Assembly: GCA_018398765.1 (NCBI GenBank)
Contig: JAHBMJ010000189.1
Location: forward strand, 1-54,224
Length of the DNA stretch: 54,224 nucleotides
Source of the DNA: Chromera velia
Lineage: Eukaryota
Direction: 5' to 3'
The notes under the pieces were generated by a model. That model worked only from the letters and a program-made list of their open reading frames with translations. It was not told the origin of the DNA and did not search any database. A program made the translations under genes and the position numbers. This document shows, one piece after another, positions 47,901-54,224 of the stretch (position 1 is its first letter; each line of letters begins with the position of its first letter).

Positions 47901-50726
47901 GGGGGTGGAGGAACCGGCAGTCCCATCTAATGGTTTAACACCATCTTGTCAGGCCAAGCATCAGCAAGAGAGAAGGGAAGCGAAGACCAAAAAGAAGGAG
48001 GGAAGGCAAACAGCTCATGAAAAACCAAGGACGCCAGATCCACCGCATGATCCGCTGCAGCACGAGTATTAGGAGGATGTGTCTTTTCGTTTTCAGTTGG
48101 GAAGGGAATTAAGACTTGATCCCAAATGTTCAAGGAATTGGCACGGCAGACTGGGATGCATTTTTGGTACGTCATAGGTGTAGACAGACAGGAGAGACGT
48201 TTTACAGGGAGAATATGATGTATAGAAATGGAGGGAGTGTGATGCCGTGTGTGCCGGAAGTGAGATCTGCAGTGCGGCAGATAAGGACCGTATGGACTGC
48301 CCGCATTTCAGCGCAGTCTTCTATCAGTCCACAACCTCCATCAGAGCAGCAGCACCAAACTAACGGAGTCTCGGATCGAACAAATGGAAAAGAGCCGGGG
48401 GTGATTGTAGGGCCAACCGATTGGGAGATACAGTACTATAACATCCAGTGGACTCCGTGAATGAAGGAACGATTTTAAACTGATATCTGTTTTCCACCCT
48501 TTTGCGTCTGATTTTTTTCTTCTCTGTTGTTATCGTCATGCGCGTCACACTCTCTCTGACCGAGTGTGGACGCGGCCTTAAAGGGTGAGGGGGCGTGCAT
48601 ACGGGGTGTACGGTAAAGTTGGTACAAATGGTGGTTGGTAGTTGTGATGGTTTAACTGGAGTAGACTATGAGTTGACGATGCGAAAGAGAAGAAAAACCA
48701 CAGGAAAGAGGGTAAAGGGAATTTTGAAAACAGAAATAACAGAGATAAAAGAAAAGAAAAGAAAAGCGACCTTTGATTTTTGTGATACCGCAGGTGAGGG
48801 AAAGCGATGATCTAATCAACGATCACTATTTCATTGCCGCGAAACGTTGTATAAGAGAATTCACTCACGTTTTCTGCGTAAACCAGCGTGGACGTGGCTT
48901 CAGGGGGGATATGGCACATAACGTTGTGAGGCTTATAGCCACCTAACGGTACACAACGCAGCATGTCAGGCCATATCAAGATACGCGCAGTTTAAGCGCA
49001 TTCGCGTCCATGCAATTAAGTCACGTGCATGCGCATGCAGTCAGTAGTGAGTCAAACCTTGGCATGAAAGTCTGTAAGGAAGTATCTAGAAGTAAGAACC
49101 TGGCATGACAGATCCTGTATGTACGAGTCGTGTACGTTACGCTAGCCACTGATACGCACCTGCCCACCACCTAAAGCTGTCGGTGCAGGAGAGAACGGGA
49201 AAGAATGGATTAGAAGAAGCAGAAAGAATGAAGGTGAGAAGGAGAGATAGGAGAATGGAAGAGGGATTGAAGAGCTGAAGAAAGACTGAAAGGATGGAAT
49301 GGAGAAGGAAAGAATGAATGTTCTTATCTTTGTCTTGTCTTTAACCTTGTCCCCGTCCATCTTCGCTACCTGAACCTTAAAGTTTTCTTTAACTTTCTTG
49401 CGCTTTGCTGCTTAGAAAAAGAAAGAAAGAAAGAAAGAAAAAAAGAAAGAAAAAAAGAAAAAAAGAAGGAAAGAAAGAAAAGAAGGAAAGAGTGAATGAA
49501 AGAATGATTGAATGAATGAATGAATGAATGAAAGAAAGAGAATGAAGGGAAGCAGAAGAAGAAATAAAAGGCTTAGCGAACAAAAGGTGGAACAAGAAGG
49601 AATGAAAACAAGGGAAAGGTGGAAAGAGAAAGAAGGAAAAGGAAATATAGATAACAGCTTGAGAAGTTGCTAACGCACTTCTTCTGTGAGGAAGGAGAGG
49701 TGTACACTGATTGATGCACTGATACACTGATTGACGCACTAACACACTGACGCTGAATAGAATGACTCGAGGATACTTCCTCTCATATTTTTCTATCTCT
49801 CTTTATTTTTCTTTTAATACATCTCGATACAGATTCTTTTCTCTGTGTCTTGATTCTTATCTTCTCATATATATTTGGTCTCTCTCTATGTATTTTTGCA
49901 TACCTTCTCTCTGAAGCGAGTTGGCATGTGCATTCGCAGGATTTCTTTGTCCTTTCCGACTGCGAAAGTGTTTCTAGTGTTTTCTCCCTGATACATGCCG
50001 AACCAGAACCACTTTACGGGAGGAGAGCTCCACTGCGCAGACACCGCCTCTTGAGTGCCTGTGGTGTCATCATTCATTGTTTGCACAGTGAGTGGATGGA
50101 TGATGAGTGAAAGTGTATGACTGCCTGTGAGGCGATCTCTATATGAGCTCATATGCAGTGACAGATTCGTGAAGCTTCTTGTGGTGACTGATCGCTTACA
50201 CACACCGTTATCCCGTTCTTATTTGCTTGAGGCAGCGATGTTCAAGATGAATGGTTAGCACTCCATGCATATGCTTGTGGCAGTGTTAAAACCCGTGTCA
50301 GTCGTTGTATACCGACTTCTTGTGTGATTTGAATCTGATGCGAGGGAGAAAGGAAAGAGTATTAAGGAGAAATAAAGCGATTGAAATTGAGTACGAGATC
50401 TCAGATCATGTGTGGACACACGCCTTGGAAGGACGGGCATGTGTGACGTGAATGCTCGTAGCTGCACCGCCTCTAAGCGTTGGCGTGGGCCGGTCGGTGG
50501 TATTGAGAGAACGTAGGAGCCTGCCTTGCGGGACCGAGCGGAAGCATGCACATCCGTAGCCACTCCAATCGATATAGCTTCAGGACGGCTTATATTCATG
50601 GCATCCAGATTGACTATTAGGAGAACCGGACTTTGAAGTAGGACTTCTAGGATGAACGTTTCTAGTCGTTACTTTTATGCCTTAGAATATAAGCTCCGTT
50701 ACCGCTAGACTACTGATTATGTTACA
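44972..50726 (+). mobile_element. LTR element C (outer, heavily decayed, possibly gypsy-derived); LTRs 44972-45286 and 50442-50726
   Basis: TG...CA direct repeats, perfect TSD CTAGG (44967-44971, 50727-50731), PBS-like GGATAGCAGAG at 45290; weak SYLL...HMLVAVLKP remnant near 50215-50295 that resembles the gypsy integrase C-terminus. Confidence 0.85.
46802..49175 (+). mobile_element. LTR element D (non-autonomous, about 2.4 kb) nested in C; LTRs 46802-47089 and 48910-about 49175
   Basis: Direct repeats of about 270 bp; PBS TGGTAGCAGAGGA at 47090; PPT AGGGGGGA at 48902-48909; internal short ORFs without RT motifs. TSD not resolved. Confidence 0.85.
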
Positions 50727-51239
50727 CTAGGCTAAACCATAATTAAGTTAGTAATAGTAAATAAAGTAAGTAAGTAGATGCTAGTAGATGCTTAGTAATG
50801 CTTAGTTAGAGTTAGGTTGTATTAGGTAGCTAGACTGGAGGCGACTTGAGCTTCTGAGTGTTTGATACTTGTCTTGTCTTGTCTTGGCAGACTTACACTG
50901 CCGGCCCCGCCCTTGTTATGAGCCCATGCACGGCTATGAATGCAAGCCGCGGCGCCACGGCCGCGGCCGGGGGTCGGTGCTCACAAAATTCGGAGCGCGA
51001 CCAGCCGCTTCGTTTCATTACGAAATCTTCAATTACAGTGGAGAAGTAGAGGTACCTGATCGAGAGGATCTGGAGACAATCGCTCAGCTGTTCTCATCAC
51101 GCAACTCCCACTGTTAGCATCTGCTCTGGGAATCGTTTCTGTGGACGAACAGTTCACGGTGGATTCTCTGTCTGTCAGACACCCTGCCTCCAAAACTCTT
51201 TGAAGCTCCCCAGCCCAGACAGGAGGTATTTGAGGCAAA

Positions 51240-52254
51240 ATGGCTGACGCAGAGGAGGGGTTTCAGAATTTTGACGGGGAAGATTTCGAAGGGGACGGGG
51301 AGATGGGAGATGAGGAGGTGAGACGGGGAGTGATGGGATGGGATTTCCGGGCGTCTCCGTTTTTTGCAGAATCCTTCACTGAAATTTCGTGCGTGTCTTC
51401 CCGCAGGGAATGGGGGAAGACGACATGGGCGGGGACGGTGGCGGCTATGATGACGAAGCATATGACGTCATTCATGAAGACGAGAACGCAGAGCTGAAGC
51501 CGAGGTCCGTCCTCTTTCAAATCTCTGTGTCGGGAGTGGGAGACGGGGAGACGGATGGGGTTTTATTCATGGGTGTCTTTGTGTTTTCTGCTGCATTTTG
51601 GCAACACGGATTGGGTCAAAACTTAGCTCATGATCACGTGAGTCTTTTGCCTTTTGCACCTCCACATGACACACATGCTGGCCCGCTGCAGCAAAGAGAG
51701 GATCACAAGTCCATTCATGACCAAGTATGAAAAGGCGCGAATCATCGGGACACGGGCTTTGCAAATCAGGTCGGTGATGCGTCACTAATCACTCTCCACT
51801 TTCCTTCATCATTACTCAATTCCTGACTTCCTTCTCCATGCACATCTCACCCCCCAAGCCTGCCGCTCTCTTCTTCTCTCTGTCACAAGAGAATACTGTG
51901 TGCTCAGACGAGCCCCCCCTGTTGACGCTTCCCCCCTCCGCTGTTTTTCACTCTACCACAAAAGCACCCCTCCCCTCTTTCCCCTCCTTTCAACTGACTG
52001 CCAGCCCGGGGAGGGATAGCCGACACGTATGCAGAGATCTGGTCCTAGTGCTCTTACCTTCTTCCTTTCTTCCTTTCTGTCTGCTGTGCAGCATGAATGC
52101 CCCTGTGACGGTCGACGTCGGAGACCTCACAGATCCCCTGGCGATTGCAGAGAAGGAGCTCCACGCAGGCACGCTCCCGTTCATCATCAGGCGGTACCTG
52201 CCCAACGGGGCGTTTGAGGATTGGCCTCTGGAGGACATGGAGGTCCCTGAATGA
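51240..52254 (+). CDS. RPB6: DNA-directed RNA polymerases I/II/III shared subunit RPB6 (RPABC2), 4 exons
   Basis: Acidic N-terminus MADAEEGF..., then [25 protein letters not shown] | [44 protein letters not shown]. Confidence 0.97.
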
Positions 52255-52526
52255 GCTTGATTGCCAACTGATTGATTGATTGATGGGCTTGGAAGAGGAT
52301 CGAGGGTGAATTCAGGAGGTGATCGATCAAAGAAACAGAAGATCCTAGAAAGTCTTCAAGAGACGGGCTCGAGGAAGCAGACGCCAAATAAACCCTCTCT
52401 GTTTGCACTTGTTCAGTCAACTCTTGTGACTGCTCAGACATACGCGACGTGGAATCACAAAAAAAAACCATGAAGATCTTTGCAGACTGTTTTCGCATTG
52501 TCGGTTTCACTTCACACGCAAGCACT

Positions 52527-52638
52527 CAGACACACACGCACACACACACACACACATACACACACATACACGCACACACACACACACATACACGCACACA
52601 CACACACACATACACGCACACACACACACACACATACA

Positions 52639-52681
<43 letters not shown>

Positions 52682-52712
52682 TCACACTCACACACATGCA
52701 CAGACACACCCA
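52527..52712. repeat. (CA)n microsatellite
   Basis: Imperfect CA tract. Confidence 0.95.
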
Positions 52713-52827
52713 CACCCTACCAGCTAGCGCTCCTTCTGTTGTTTTCGAGATTATTGATGATCTCTCCAGTGGTCTCTTCCAGGGTCTCTTTGTATTCTTC
52801 TGTCAGGCTCCCTAGCAGTCTCCTCAG

Positions 52828-53167
52828 CTAGGGGTAATTTTCAAACAAAAAAAAAAACAATTGGTCATTTTCACTTTTTTGTTTGTTGTTTTTTTTCTGA
52901 TGTCAAACTAAAAAATATGTTGTTTAAGTGTTGTTGATGTGTTACACGAATTAACACGAATCAACAAGTGTTGTTTAAGTGTTGTTATACTATTGTTTCT
53001 TTGTTATAATGATAAATGAATGTTGTTACACTATTATACAACTGTTGCTTTTATGTGACAAGGTCTTGCATATGGTTGTTATGTCTTGATAGAGGTCATC
53101 ATTGAAAAGCAAAAAAAAGATAATAAATTTACCCTGGAGACTTTTTTTTTTTTTTAATTACCCCTAG
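52828..53167. mobile_element. hAT-like MITE
   Basis: TIR CTAGGGGTAATT / AATTACCCCTAG with a perfect 8-bp TSD CTCCTCAG (52820-52827, 53168-53175). Confidence 0.85.
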
Positions 53168-53202
53168 CTCCTCAGATACCATTCTGATACCCTAGTTTAC
53201 AG

Positions 53203-53490
53203 TAGGGAACACTCTGTCGTCTTAGCTTTGGCGACAGATAGACATCTAGATATACATTTTAAGGGGGAGACACTAGCAAGGCAGCTAGTGCAAAACTATT
53301 AAATCAATCTCTAGCAATCAATCATTGACAATCAATCAAATCAATCAATCCTATACATTAAAAGTAATTTAAAATAATTTGCAATATTCTAATTAAGTGA
53401 TTGATTGATTGATTGATTGATAGGTTCCACATTAGGCCTTCCCGCTATATCTATCTGTTGCCAGAGCTAGCAGGGTGGAGCGTTCTTTAG
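53203..53490. mobile_element. Degenerate foldback/MITE
   Basis: Imperfect inverted termini of about 40 bp (TAGCTTTGGCGACAGATAGA vs TCTATCTGTTGCCAGAGCTA), with inner (ATCA)n and (TGAT)n tracts also inverted. Confidence 0.6.
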
Positions 53491-53517
53491 CTAGGCTAAG
53501 GTATCAGACCCCGCCCT

Positions 53518-54075
53518 CGGGGTAGTGACCAGATTTGATTTGATAGGATTTGATTTAATTTGAGGGTTTTTTCATACATGCCGCGTCCCCATACATGATT
53601 TAATTTGATTTGATTTGTTTTGATTTGAGCTTCAAGCTCAAATCTGACCAGATTTGAGGTAGATTTGAGGTTCAAAAGTTAAAGTCTAGAGGTCACTCTC
53701 GACAACACTGAAGACGACATAACACAGTCAATACCACTAACAAATCCTAGAACAAATCTTAGAAAGCCCTAGAGACAAAAAAATCACTAAAAACTAGCTT
53801 TTGGACGTTTATATTGATGTACCTGAAACCGACGAAAGAATCTTTTTATGATTTTTTTTTTTTTTGCGCACAAAAAAGTGCGAAAACTCATTTGAGAGAC
53901 TCGATGATGGATTGACCTTGAACGAAGATTTGAGGTTCAAAGATCAGATTTGAAGTAGATTTGATCGGATTTGATAGGCCCTATTATGCTAAAGTTTCCC
54001 AGGCCTAATATTTGATTTGAGGTTAAGCCCTCCTTCAAATCAAATTAAAACAAATCAAATCTGATCACTACCTCG
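53518..54075. mobile_element. MITE with 25-bp TIRs and internal GATTT repeats
   Basis: CGGGGTAGTGACCAGATTTGATTTG vs the reverse complement of the right end CGAGGTAGTGATCAGATTTGATTTG (2 mismatches). TSD not resolved. Confidence 0.75.
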
Positions 54076-54224
54076 AAGCCCACCAGAGCTGTCTGCTTCG
54101 GCTGCTGATACTTGACTGTTCGTTTTCTTCGGCCGCTGCTCTTGCCCCTAACAGGCTTTCTGGTCTGAAGATCGAATCGATACAACATAGGGGTGTAAAA
54201 TCTCTTTTGGACGGGGGGGGGGGG

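Overview
Eukaryotic, intron-rich genomic DNA with GT-AG introns full of microsatellites and short assembly gaps. It looks like a flagellated alveolate protist (chromerid/apicomplexan-relative-like); that taxon is my inference. Host genes: a multi-exon kinesin-9 (KIF6/KIF9-like, -), a coiled-coil protein (+), a five-exon microbial (type-1) rhodopsin (-) that no single ORF reveals, an unknown protein (+), an HGSNAT-family acetyltransferase (-), an intronless F-box/LRR-like gene (+) and RPB6 (+). The 36.9-50.7 kb interval holds four LTR elements arranged as two nested pairs, one of them a decayed Ty1/copia, and several MITEs sit in AT-rich spacers. Two signals stand out. (1) The spliced rhodopsin has an intact retinal lysine (DLISK), an unusual Q-T-Q/TCP helix C, an N-terminal hydrophobic leader and a long cytoplasmic tail. 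(2) LTR pairs differ almost only by C>T/G>A transitions at CpG and CpA, a RIP-like pattern. All gene models and alignments were made by eye.
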